Sequence record: NZ_CP104760.1
Source of the DNA: a plasmid
DNA: 64,000 nucleotides
Strand: one strand, 5' to 3'
In this document: positions 30,886-40,998 of the stretch, one piece after another
Numbering within the stretch: the first letter of the stretch is position 1
How the letters are laid out: each line of letters starts with the position of its first letter
The notes under the pieces: generated by a model
Databases searched by the model: none
What the model was told of the DNA's origin: nothing
Seen by the model: only the letters and a program-made list of their open reading frames with translations
Position numbers and translations under genes: made by a program

Positions 30886-32241
30886 TTATGAGTCCCAGAT
30901 AGCACCGTACGCCCCGCGGCCACGAGCCTCACACCCTTCCACCACGTAATCAGTAAGCCCACGGTTTGCAATGCACACTACCGCTTCCGCCTCTATGCGT
31001 TCTGCTTCCTGCCAGGCAAGCTCCAGCAGATCCGGTTTACCCTTCGCATCGGTGTCCCAGATAATGATATCCGGCACCACGGTCAGCACCTCGTCAACAA
31101 AAGCATCGCCGTAGGTAAGACGGGGATTACGCGTTGACCAGATCAGACTGCGGCGCGGCCGGTTAGCCACCAGGTGGGGTAGCAGAGGGCCAATACCGCT
31201 GCCCGTGGCGACAAACACCACTGAGTGAAAGAGCTGATGCACACTGCCAACGCCAGGCGTGGGAATGCCGCGAAACCAGACATGGCCTGGCGGATTATCA
31301 ATAAACTCGCTGGTCCAGTCACCCGCCCGTGAAACCAGCATCCGGCAGCCGCGCCCCTGCAGCACCGGGATGTTAGCAAACGCATGCCATTCACTCAGCG
31401 GATGACGACTAATGGTAAACGACGAGCCGGTAAAGGGATCGCGTGGCAAGTTGAAATGCAGCAGCACCGCATGCTCCGACGGGCGGGTAAAGGTCACCGG
31501 TACCCGACGCAGATGAAGCCAGGGCACCAGCACACTGACAGTAATGGTCAGCAGCCCCCAGAAGGCGGGTAGCATGTACACTGAATGGTGCGTGTCACGG
31601 GCAAAACAGCTTACCTGAGCCCATGAGAGAAACAGTGCCAGCCAGCCAACGTAGCGATGAACGTGTTCAAACTGATTATGATAACGCGCGCGCACCGCCG
31701 GCAGGGCCATCAGGCAGATCAACGCCAGCAGCAGCCCCAGCATAAGATTAAGCATCACCAGCTGCAGTGAAACGCCCGGCAAATGATGCATATAGTTCCA
31801 GCAAACGCCGGCCGTAAATCCCAGCGTCCATAAAGTGGCAAATAATGCACAACCTGAATGTATCCCGCCAAAGTGATAGACCTTGGCCAGATGTCGACGC
31901 ACCTTTAATGGCCAGTTTCGCGGGGTTTTCCAGACAAGGCGGAACAGCAGATTAATCAGATATTGCTGACGAATAAGCACGGTAATTAATAAATTACCCA
32001 GCGCCATATTCGCCATTGCGGCCAAATTTAACTGTTGAGGCTGCCACCAGCGTCCGGTCATCAGAGCATAATCAAGCCACAAAAGATTGATAAACGTCAC
32101 CAGAATAAACAGCCGCTGATAATGGCTTAATGGGTATAACTTACTCCGCTTTAACCAGGAAATAGTCCGCCTGTTGCCTTGCCAGACATCAATCATTCGT
32201 GACTCTTTCAAAAAATTTACCCCATGAAAATGGAAGGACAT
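30886..32241 (-). CDS. Ferric-reductase/NOX-like membrane protein: ferric reductase transmembrane domain fused to FAD-binding and NAD(P)H-binding (FNR-like) domains
   Basis: About 5 TM helices with conserved His in TM3 and TM5 (candidate heme ligands). C-terminal RHPLSEW (HPFT-like FAD motif) and GSGIGP NAD(P)H motif. The start could be the internal M at MIDVW. Confidence 0.6.
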   Translation of the reverse strand: MSFHFHGVNFLKESRMIDVWQGNRRTISWLKRSKLYPLSHYQRLFILVTFINLLWLDYALMTGRWWQPQQLNLAAMANMALGNLLITVLIRQQYLINLLFRLVWKTPRNWPLKVRRHLAKVYHFGGIHSGCALFATLWTLGFTAGVCWNYMHHLPGVSLQLVMLNLMLGLLLALICLMALPAVRARYHNQFEHVHRYVGWLALFLSWAQVSCFARDTHHSVYMLPAFWGLLTITVSVLVPWLHLRRVPVTFTRPSEHAVLLHFNLPRDPFTGSSFTISRHPLSEWHAFANIPVLQGRGCRMLVSRAGDWTSEFIDNPPGHVWFRGIPTPGVGSVHQLFHSVVFVATGSGIGPLLPHLVANRPRRSLIWSTRNPRLTYGDAFVDEVLTVVPDIIIWDTDAKGKPDLLELAWQEAERIEAEAVVCIANRGLTDYVVEGCEARGRGAYGAIWDS

Positions 32242-32925
32242 GACTACCTGATGGTTAGATAACGGCTAGAATAAAGCAGGTAATATATAGGGTAAACAGA
32301 TAAACAAAATTTGAGAATAATCCAAGGCGTACTGCTGGCGGATAACTTATGGCTACCGTCAGTTATAACCCATGCACCGGAGGCGCTATCGCAACTTCAT
32401 GCGCAGCAGCATGTGGCGCTTTATTGATAAATGGAATAAATCTGAATCAGCAGGAAGTTTAGACGAAGGAAAAAATAATAAAGCTAAAAATATCAGGGAG
32501 GAAAATCGAATACTACTTCCTGCCAGATGAGCAGATAACAGGCCTTATTCAGCTTGCGGTAGCGCCGGATAATTAATGCTTCTTGAACCAGAATAAATAC
32601 AAAGTATAAAAAGTGACAACATCAGTGGCGATTCCGTTGAAGTCATTCCAGCACAATTCGGGATTAAAAGAGCCCTGAGGAGAAGACTCTGCCTGGGCGG
32701 GTTTAATGACATCTTATGTTAAGTAACCAGCCTGATTAACGCCAGGGATGGCGATTAAACTATCGGCAGTAATCGGTAGTCCACTCGCGATGTGCTTACA
32801 TATTCAGGCTGTTTATGAACTCCACCCGACTGCGAAAATTGTTGATTCTTCAGTACTGCATACCCACTGTAAGCCAGATCCTTTATCTGCCTTCCTTAAG
32901 CAGCCAGCAAATGTCATTGAGAAAA

Positions 32926-32956
32926 GAAAAACGGGCGGCGATGAACTGCCCGTTTT
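32926..32956. terminator. Bidirectional rho-independent terminator at 3' end of MHS transporter gene
   Basis: AAAAACGGGC...GCCCGTTTTT perfect 10-bp inverted repeat with T/A runs on both sides. Confidence 0.7.
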
Positions 32957-32982
32957 TTATCCCTGTACAGGATGCGCTTTGG

Positions 32983-34368
32983 TTATCTTCTGACGCGATT
33001 TGCTGCTGGCGTCACGGCTGCTGCCGTCGCGGAGTAGGGATCACAGACTCGCTGGCGTGGATAGTGGAAAAATAATCCTATTGATATAAACGAGGCAATT
33101 GCTACCGCAGCAATATAATAGACCAGCGTAAATGCGCTGCCTGACCAGCTAATCAGCGCTGCGCCGATAAGCGGCGCTGTGCCGCCAAAAAGCGCTGTCC
33201 CCATGTTGTAAGCCATAGCCCCAGCAGAGGCTCGCATCTCAGCCGGAAACATATCGACCAGGCTAATGGTCATACCGCTCGTCACCATAGGAAAAATCAT
33301 GACCGGCACGACCGCCGCGATAATCGCGCTACTCAGCGTGCCGTGCTCAGCCCAGGTAAAGGCAAAAAACATTGCTGGAATGAGTAGCGCACAGCCCAAC
33401 ATTAGCCAGAGTTTACGTCCAATGACGTCGCTCAGATAACCATGCAGTAGGGTACTCAAGATCAGAACAAACTGGGAAACCAGCACGGCCCTGGCAGCGT
33501 CAGGCCTGGTCAGACCGACAAACGTTGTAAGATAGGTTGAGAAGAACCCCAAAATCAGATAGTTCGGCAGGGTATGACTCATCAGGATAGACATGAAGAC
33601 CAGCATGTTTTTCCACTGCGAGCGGATAACCTGCGTCACCGTCGGGGGCGTAATTTGTTTCTCCTGGCGTGCGCGCTCAACGGCACGGAATTCCGGACTT
33701 TCGTCAAGCTTGCGGCGAATGATCAGACCCACCAGCCCCAGCGGGAACCCGACAGCAAACAGTACGCGCCAGCCCCATTCCTCCATTTGAGCCGCAGTAA
33801 TCCACGAAGACAGCAGTGTGTAGAGCCCTATGGCGATGGCTGTACCGATATAGGCGCCAATCGGAGAAAACGAGGCGCGGAATGCACGACGTTTCTGATT
33901 ACTGTTTTCAACAATATAGTCTGTTGCCGTCGCGTATTCTCCGCCGGCAAAAAAGCCCTGAATCAGACGGCAAATCACTAACAGCACCGTCGCCGTTGTA
34001 CCCGCTTGCGACCATGTGGGAAGGAGAGCCGTTAGCCCGGTCACGACGCTCATACCGGTGATGGTCACCATCAGGACAAAACGTCTGCCCCAGCGGTCGC
34101 CTGCCAGCCCCAGCACAATGCCTCCAATCGGCCTGACTAAAAAGCTTGAGGCGTAAAGCAGCAGCACAGAAAGCAGCGCAGACAGCGGCGCATCCTGCGG
34201 GAAAAAAATCCGGGAAATGACTGGGGCGAGCAGGCCATAAACGGCAAAGTCGAGAAACTCGACCAGATTGCCAGCGACAGCACCAATCAACGTTTTGCGT
34301 TGCATTTCGGTTGTCACCTCAGGAAGCGTGGCGGACGTGCTCATGGTTAACTCCATCTTCACCGTCAA
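32983..34368 (-). CDS. MFS transporter, metabolite:H+ symporter (MHS) family
   Basis: 12-TM MFS with MHS-type N-terminal region (GNLVEFLDFAVYG, RPIGGIVLGLAGDRWGRR). Confidence 0.8.
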   Translation of the reverse strand: MTVKMELTMSTSATLPEVTTEMQRKTLIGAVAGNLVEFLDFAVYGLLAPVISRIFFPQDAPLSALLSVLLLYASSFLVRPIGGIVLGLAGDRWGRRFVLMVTITGMSVVTGLTALLPTWSQAGTTATVLLVICRLIQGFFAGGEYATATDYIVENSNQKRRAFRASFSPIGAYIGTAIAIGLYTLLSSWITAAQMEEWGWRVLFAVGFPLGLVGLIIRRKLDESPEFRAVERARQEKQITPPTVTQVIRSQWKNMLVFMSILMSHTLPNYLILGFFSTYLTTFVGLTRPDAARAVLVSQFVLILSTLLHGYLSDVIGRKLWLMLGCALLIPAMFFAFTWAEHGTLSSAIIAAVVPVMIFPMVTSGMTISLVDMFPAEMRASAGAMAYNMGTALFGGTAPLIGAALISWSGSAFTLVYYIAAVAIASFISIGLFFHYPRQRVCDPYSATAAAVTPAANRVRR

Positions 34369-34604
34369 ACTGCACGGTCAATTGAACGTGAGTCAGAATG
34401 ATTGCTCATTCCACATTGCGGTATGCCATTCCGTTATTCACGTTAGATGAGCGAGAAATAGCCGTCAATGCAATAGCGAGAGGATTTCAATATGGATCAC
34501 AAGGCGACACGCAAGCGCGAGGATGAGGGCAGATCGAAGGAGAAGGGGGTCAATGACAGCTGTTGGGCTTGTTCTGGCAATGTAATTGCCAGAACATCAT
34601 CGTG

Positions 34605-35354
34605 TTAGCTTCTGGCGTTTTTTTGCAGGCCAATTGATTGGGCAGCCTGCATCGTCAGCGCCCCCCATTCAGCGATTTTGTCTTCGCGATAGCGGGAATC
34701 CGGCATGGAAATACAAATGCTGGCGACCGGCTGATGCATAGCGTCGAAAACAGGGGCCCCTACTGCAAATATGCCAGCGCGATAGTAACCCCTGTTAATG
34801 GAATATCCTCGTTCGCGCACCCGGTTTAGCTCATCACGTAACTGTTCAGGCTGGGTAATGGTCGACGGATTAAAAGAGTTAAGTTCGCCATTGATGATCT
34901 TTTCAATCTGCAACTCGGGCAGAAAGGCCAGGATCGCCATGCCATTGGCAGTTGAATGAATAGGGGCGATATCGCCGACAGGACTGACCGCGCGCACCGG
35001 ATGGGGGCTTTCCAGCCGGTCAATGACCACTACCGCGCTGCTGCCATCATAGACCGACACATAAACGGTTTCCTGAGTGGCATTGCGCAGTTCAGCCATT
35101 GGCTCTTGTATAGCAGACGCCAGGCCACCGCCAGTCAGTTCATCAGGCCGCACGCTGAGCACGCGCGGGCTAATCGCCCAGCGTGGCATATCGCCTTCAA
35201 TCAGACGTAGCCAGCCTGCCTCATGAAAGGTCCAGAGAATGCGTTGCACCGTCGTTTTCGGCATTGACATCATCTTTGCCAGTTCTCCAACGCTGACGGG
35301 TTGCTTCTCCGCTACCATCTCCAGCACTTTCAAACTCTTAATCAGACTTTGCAT
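34605..35354 (-). CDS. IclR-family transcriptional regulator
   Basis: N-terminal HTH (GELAKMMSMPKTTVQRIL) and C-terminal IclR effector domain. Confidence 0.85.
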   Translation of the reverse strand: MQSLIKSLKVLEMVAEKQPVSVGELAKMMSMPKTTVQRILWTFHEAGWLRLIEGDMPRWAISPRVLSVRPDELTGGGLASAIQEPMAELRNATQETVYVSVYDGSSAVVVIDRLESPHPVRAVSPVGDIAPIHSTANGMAILAFLPELQIEKIINGELNSFNPSTITQPEQLRDELNRVRERGYSINRGYYRAGIFAVGAPVFDAMHQPVASICISMPDSRYREDKIAEWGALTMQAAQSIGLQKNARS

Positions 35355-35571
35355 AAATAAACCGTCCGTTTTTTATTTTTAATGTCATCGATAGCTGTGC
35401 CGTAATATGGCACAGCCTGCTTTACCCTGCCTCGCCTTTCCCCTGGATGCCATGACAACGTGCCCCTTTTGCTTAAATTTTGCCCTTGCAGCCAGGTTTA
35501 AATCGTGCCAGGTTATAAAAATGGAATGCCATTCCTCATTGTGGAACGATAGCGAGTGTGTTTAACGACCT

Positions 35572-36930
35572 GTGCGAGGCAAAGCGATGCGGGGAACCGA
35601 GTCAATTTTTAGCGAAGATTTTCAGGAGCAACCCTACTGGTGGTCACAATGGCAACCGCATGACGATGCGCCGCTTCCCGTTCCGCGCGAAGTGGAATAT
35701 GCGATCGTGGGCGCGGGTTATGCAGGCCTGTGTTGCGCCCTTGAGCTGGCGCAACATGGCAAACAGGTTGTCGTGCTCGAGGCCGGGCTGCCCGGCAGCG
35801 GCGCCAGCACGTTGAGCGGCGGTCAGGTGACCGGTGGGATCAATGTCGGGAAGACCATGGCGTCGAAAAAAGGCATCCGGCAGCGCAGCGACCAGCACCA
35901 GCGTGACATGCTGCGGGAGGCTGCGGAAGGTTACCGTTTTCTTGAGCAGCTGATTGAGCAACATCATATCGTCTGTGATTATCGTCAGACCGGACGCCTC
36001 GCTGCTGCCTGGATCCCTGAACATCTGGAAAGCTGGAAAAAGCGGCTGCCGCTGCTCAATGAGGTCAGCCAGGTTAGCGCGCGTCTGCTGTCACGCGAAG
36101 AGCTTCGCGCCGAACTCGACAGTCCGGCCTATCATGGCGGTATCCTGATCCAGCGCGCCGGCCTGCTTAATCCCGCACGCTATTATGCCGGCTTGCTTGC
36201 TGCGGTCCGTAACGCGGGTGTAACGGTGTGCAGCGGTTCAGCGGTAAGTCAGATCGAAAAGCAGGATGCACATTACCGTGTAATTTCCGGCCGCGGCAGC
36301 GTCAGAGCCCGCCACGTCATCATCGCCACCAATGGCTATACCGGACCAGAGATGGCGCATCTGCATGCGCGCGTTGTGCCAGTCACCAGCCATCAAATTG
36401 CCACCGAACCGTTACCCGACGCGTTGCGTAAGAGCCTGATCCCCGGTCAGCGCGGGGTCGCTGAAACGCAGCGGGTCACGCACTATTTCCGGTATTCGCC
36501 CGATGGCACACGACTACTGTTTGGCGGCCGCGCGCGCTTTTACCCCCTCAACCGGCGGCAGTCGGCTCGCGTACTCTATCAGCATCTGACGCAGCGCTTT
36601 CCTCAGCTGCGCGACATCAAAATCAGCCACAGCTGGGGCGGCAAAGTGGCGGTGACGCTCGACTATCTGCCGCATATCGGACAAACACCGCAGGGCTGCT
36701 TTTATGCCACAGGCTGCAACGGCAGCGGCGTCACCATGATGAGCTGGCTCGGCCACAGGCTGGCGCGTCACCTTATCGAGCAAACGCCGTTGCACAGCAG
36801 CCCATATGGCGTCTCGCCTTTGCCTGGCCATCCGCTTTACAGCGGTAACACCTGGTTTATGCCGTTGCTGGGCAGCTATTACCAGCTACGTGACCGGATA
36901 GACAAGTCTGCACACTCACAAAAGAACTGA
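35572..36930 (+). CDS. FAD-dependent oxidoreductase, DAO family (PuuB / gamma-glutamylputrescine oxidase-like)
   Basis: GAGYAGL dinucleotide-binding motif; block-wise similarity to PuuB (VVVLEAG..GSGAS..GGQ). Alternative start at 35587. Confidence 0.75.
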   Translation: MRGKAMRGTESIFSEDFQEQPYWWSQWQPHDDAPLPVPREVEYAIVGAGYAGLCCALELAQHGKQVVVLEAGLPGSGASTLSGGQVTGGINVGKTMASKKGIRQRSDQHQRDMLREAAEGYRFLEQLIEQHHIVCDYRQTGRLAAAWIPEHLESWKKRLPLLNEVSQVSARLLSREELRAELDSPAYHGGILIQRAGLLNPARYYAGLLAAVRNAGVTVCSGSAVSQIEKQDAHYRVISGRGSVRARHVIIATNGYTGPEMAHLHARVVPVTSHQIATEPLPDALRKSLIPGQRGVAETQRVTHYFRYSPDGTRLLFGGRARFYPLNRRQSARVLYQHLTQRFPQLRDIKISHSWGGKVAVTLDYLPHIGQTPQGCFYATGCNGSGVTMMSWLGHRLARHLIEQTPLHSSPYGVSPLPGHPLYSGNTWFMPLLGSYYQLRDRIDKSAHSQKN

Positions 36931-36939
36931 GGGGGAGTA

Positions 36940-38994
36940 ATGGGATTGCGCATTGGGGTAGATATTGGCGGCTCGTTTACCGACTTCGCCGTATTCAATG
37001 AAGCATCAGGCGTGCTTCACAGCCTGAAGGTTTTTTCACGGCCGGATGAGCCTGGCCAGGAAGTGTTGCACGGCATCAGGGAGCTGGTGAAGCGCTACGG
37101 TATCAATCCGGCAGACATTCACTACTTTACTCACGGGACGACAGTGGGTGTGAACGCTGTGGTACAGAAAAAAGGGGCTCGGCTGGGGCTGATCACTAAC
37201 CGCTACTTTGAGGATGTGCTGGCGCTTGGCAGACTGAAAACGCCCGATATGTACAGCCTGCATTCTTTACGACCGACGCCGCTGGTCGCGCGCGAACATG
37301 TTTTCGGCATTGAGGGGCGTCTGGATGCCAGCGGCAATGAGCTGAACCCGGTTGATGAAAAGAGCGTGGCGGCTGCTATTGAAGGATTGCAGCGCGCTGG
37401 GTGTGAAGGCGTCGTCATTGCTCTGCTGCACGCCTACCGCAATCCGGTGCATGAAAAGCAGGTACAGGCGCTGATTGAGCGCGAGATGCCGGGCTTTTTC
37501 ACCTGTTGCTCCAGCGATGTCTGGCCAGCTATCCGCGAGTTTGAGCGCACGCAAACGGCGGTAATCGGGGCCTATGTACAGCCGCGCGTGTCGCACTATC
37601 TCGGTGCGCTGCAACAGGCGCTGGCTCAGGCGGGCGTCACGGCTGAGCTTAAGGTAACCAAATCTAATGGGGGCGTCATGAGTGCCGAAAGCGGCAAAGC
37701 AGAGTGCGTGCAGATGATCCTCTCTGGTACCGCCTCCGGCGTTATGGGTGCTGCATGGGTGGCGCGCCAGTGCGGGCGTGAAAATGTCATGAGCCTGGAT
37801 ATTGGCGGCACCACCGCCGATGTGGCGCTGATTGTCGACGGCGCGGCGCAGTACGATACCGGTGAATATATTGGTGACTACCAGATCCACATTCCCTCTG
37901 TTTCCGTTACCTCAATTGGCGACGGCGGCGGCTCAATCGCGCGTGTCGATGAGTTTGGCGTACTGAAGGTTGGCCCGGAGAGCGCGGGCTCGACGCCAGG
38001 ACCGGTTTGTTACGGGCGCGGCGGCGTACAGCCGACGATTACCGATGCCTTCGTCACGCTGGGGATCCTGGGGCAGGCAAAGCTCGGCTATAACGCCGTC
38101 AATATTGATGTGGCCGCGGCTAAAAAGGCCGTGGATACGTTAGCGTCTCACCTCGGACAATCCATTGAAGCCACCGCTGAGGCGATTATACAGGTGTCGG
38201 TTTCCGGGATGTATGCCGGTATCAGTCGCCTGGTTTCTCGCTTTGGTATCGATCCGCGCGTTTTTTCTCTGATGCCTTTTGGCGGCGCCGGTCCCATGTT
38301 GGCCTGTTATCTGGCGCGCGCGATGCACATGCGCGAAGTTCTGGTGCCGTTAACGCCAGGCGTGCTTAGCGCGCTGGGTGGCCTCGTAGCCGATGTGAAA
38401 AACGATTTTGTGCGCATCATTTACAGCGATCTTACCGCAGAAAGTCTGCCGCAGCTGGAGACGGAGTATCAGTGGCTTGAGGACAGGGCGCGCGCCTGGC
38501 TGGCGCATGAGGTGAGCGATGTCAGCCGCGGTCAGTTCAGCCTGTCCGCCGAAATGCGCTACAAAGGACAATCGTTCGAGATCGAAACGCCGCTGCCACG
38601 TCAGCAACTGGCGGAAGGCAACCTTGAACCGTTGCGCGACGCTTTCCATGCGCGTCACGCGCATCTGTATGGCTACAGCGACCGCGATGCACAGATTCAG
38701 GTCGTTTCGCTGAGGCTGGTGGTGAGCATGCCTACGCCAAAACCGCAGCTGCAGCCGCTGCCGTACAGCGAGGTCGCGCCCACGCCCGCTGGACAGATTG
38801 ACGTATGGATGTCTGGTCGCTATCACAACGTACCGCTTTACCAGCGTGAACAGCTGGCGGGCGGCCAGCAATTTACCGGTCCGGCGGTTATCGCGCAGTC
38901 TGATACTACGGTGACAGTGCTACCTGAATTCCATGTTCAGGTTGATGCGCTGGGCAATCTCATCCTTACCGATCTTACCCACACAGCGAAATAA
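36940..38994 (+). CDS. Hydantoinase/oxoprolinase family protein, A subunit (HyuA-like, ATP-dependent)
   Basis: 684 aa, Hydantoinase_A family architecture (N-terminal GIDIGGSFTD, ASKHA ATPase fold). Confidence 0.85.
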   Translation: MGLRIGVDIGGSFTDFAVFNEASGVLHSLKVFSRPDEPGQEVLHGIRELVKRYGINPADIHYFTHGTTVGVNAVVQKKGARLGLITNRYFEDVLALGRLKTPDMYSLHSLRPTPLVAREHVFGIEGRLDASGNELNPVDEKSVAAAIEGLQRAGCEGVVIALLHAYRNPVHEKQVQALIEREMPGFFTCCSSDVWPAIREFERTQTAVIGAYVQPRVSHYLGALQQALAQAGVTAELKVTKSNGGVMSAESGKAECVQMILSGTASGVMGAAWVARQCGRENVMSLDIGGTTADVALIVDGAAQYDTGEYIGDYQIHIPSVSVTSIGDGGGSIARVDEFGVLKVGPESAGSTPGPVCYGRGGVQPTITDAFVTLGILGQAKLGYNAVNIDVAAAKKAVDTLASHLGQSIEATAEAIIQVSVSGMYAGISRLVSRFGIDPRVFSLMPFGGAGPMLACYLARAMHMREVLVPLTPGVLSALGGLVADVKNDFVRIIYSDLTAESLPQLETEYQWLEDRARAWLAHEVSDVSRGQFSLSAEMRYKGQSFEIETPLPRQQLAEGNLEPLRDAFHARHAHLYGYSDRDAQIQVVSLRLVVSMPTPKPQLQPLPYSEVAPTPAGQIDVWMSGRYHNVPLYQREQLAGGQQFTGPAVIAQSDTTVTVLPEFHVQVDALGNLILTDLTHTAK

Positions 38995-39006
38995 AGGAGC
39001 AGTCAT

Positions 39007-40998
39007 ATGGCTTTTGATCAATCTGGTTTGCAAATTCTGGCGAACTACTGTGTGGCGGCGGCGGAGAGCATGGCGCATACGCTGGTACGCACTGCGCACT
39101 CTACCTTTGTAAAAGAGACGGAAGATTTCTCCTGTGCGCTGCTGACACCCGAAGGCCTTGCTTTTGCCTCGCCGAAAACGCTGGGCGCCACCTGGTATAT
39201 CGGTCTGGATTACGGCCCGGTCCTCGGCATGATTGATGACTACCGACCGGGCGATGTGGCGATGACTAATGATGCCTACAGCGGCAATGTGGCGACCCAC
39301 AGCCCGGATATGGTGATGTGGAAACCTGTATTTTGGCAGGAAAAGCTGGTGTGCTTTGTCGGCGGCCATATTCACAATACCGATGTCGGCGGCGCCGTGC
39401 CGGCCTCGCTCTCGCGCACCCTGACGGAAATCCATCAAGAGGGGATCCGTCTTCCCCCTACGAAAATTGTGCGAGAGGGTGTCCTTGACGAGTCGCTGCT
39501 CACATTAATAAAAACCAACGTACGCGCGCCAGAGCAGAACATGGGCGATTTGCATGCCCAGCTGGCCATGCTGGCTAACGGCGAGAAGCGCGTACATGAA
39601 ATGATTGCGCACTTTGGCGTAGAGGATTTTCAGCAGGGCATGGTTGCGCTGCTCGATTATGCGGCGCAACAGGCGGAGCGCATTCTGGAAAGCGTGCCGG
39701 ATGGCGAATATTTTTTCGCGGAGTATGCCGACGAAGACAGTGTGAACGGTAAACCGATGCGGGTAGCGATGACGCTGAAGATTCGCGGCGGTAGAGCCAT
39801 TCTGGATTACACCGGCAGCGATCCGCAGCTACTTTCGTCACTGAATATGCCGACCGGTGGCATGACGCGTCACGCGCTGGCGCTGGTGGGATACCACTAC
39901 GTCCTCTATACGCTTAATCCTGATATTTTGCTGAATGCCGGGCTGGACCGCGTCGTGGAGTGCGTGTTACCCCAAGGTAGCGTGATGAATGCGGTTTACC
40001 CCGCTGCGGTGGGTATGCGCAGCCTTACCTGTAAACTGACGCACGTGCTGACCTTCGGCGCCTTTTCGCAGGCGGTACCCGATCGACTGCCCGCCTGTGC
40101 CGCTTGTGGGCTGGCGATCCTTAACGTCAAGACCACAAGCGCTGCTGGTCGCGCCGTTATCGCTTCGATCGGCCCGGTAGGCGGCGGGGCTGGCGGGATG
40201 CCCTTTGGCGACGGGGAGGAGGGGTCTGGTGCCAACGTGGCCTTTTTGCGTAACACGCCTGTGGAAATTAATGAGGCTGAAGTGCCCATCCGTATCACCC
40301 GTTATTGTCTGGTGCCAGATTCGGGTGGGGCAGGCACGTATCGCGGCGGCTCGGGCCTGATGATGGAGTTTCAGGTCTTTGCGCCGGACACCACCGTTAC
40401 CGCGCGCAACCGAGACCGCACGCATTTCGCGTCCTGGGGCGTGCTGGGCGGCAAAGCGGGCAGCACCGCGATCTTTATTAAAAACCCCGACACGCCGTCG
40501 CCGGAGCTTCTTGGCAACAGCGATGTGATCCGCTGTCAGGCGGGAGATGTTATTCGTCTGACCGGCGCTGGAGGCGGCGGCTATGGCTCGCCACTGGCAC
40601 GCGCTCCCGAAGCGGTGTTAAGCGATGTCAGAAGCGGCTACGTTTCAGCCGCGCGCGCCGAACAGGATTATGGCGTTGTGATACGCAACGGCGAGCTGGA
40701 CTACGGCGCCACGCAAACAATGCGCGAACGGTTAGCCGTTAATGCGGCACCGGCTGCTCACTTTGATTATGGCTCATGGCGCACTCGCTTCGAGCAGAGC
40801 TGGACGCGGGAGCGTTATCAAGCCCTGACGGACATTCTGTCGCACGTGCCGGTCATCTGGCGCTTTCATATCAAACATCGCCTGTTTGACGCGCTTGCTG
40901 CGGCCGAGTCCGAAAGCAACCTCTCCGAGCAGGGTGGAGAGCTGATTTATCGTTTGTACGAAAGCATAAGAAGTGAATATCAGGCCTTCCTGCAGTAA
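39007..40998 (+). CDS. Hydantoinase B/oxoprolinase family protein (HyuB-like)
   Basis: 663 aa, Hydantoinase_B family; translationally coupled to the A subunit (12-nt gap). Confidence 0.85.
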   Translation: MAFDQSGLQILANYCVAAAESMAHTLVRTAHSTFVKETEDFSCALLTPEGLAFASPKTLGATWYIGLDYGPVLGMIDDYRPGDVAMTNDAYSGNVATHSPDMVMWKPVFWQEKLVCFVGGHIHNTDVGGAVPASLSRTLTEIHQEGIRLPPTKIVREGVLDESLLTLIKTNVRAPEQNMGDLHAQLAMLANGEKRVHEMIAHFGVEDFQQGMVALLDYAAQQAERILESVPDGEYFFAEYADEDSVNGKPMRVAMTLKIRGGRAILDYTGSDPQLLSSLNMPTGGMTRHALALVGYHYVLYTLNPDILLNAGLDRVVECVLPQGSVMNAVYPAAVGMRSLTCKLTHVLTFGAFSQAVPDRLPACAACGLAILNVKTTSAAGRAVIASIGPVGGGAGGMPFGDGEEGSGANVAFLRNTPVEINEAEVPIRITRYCLVPDSGGAGTYRGGSGLMMEFQVFAPDTTVTARNRDRTHFASWGVLGGKAGSTAIFIKNPDTPSPELLGNSDVIRCQAGDVIRLTGAGGGGYGSPLARAPEAVLSDVRSGYVSAARAEQDYGVVIRNGELDYGATQTMRERLAVNAAPAAHFDYGSWRTRFEQSWTRERYQALTDILSHVPVIWRFHIKHRLFDALAAAESESNLSEQGGELIYRLYESIRSEYQAFLQ

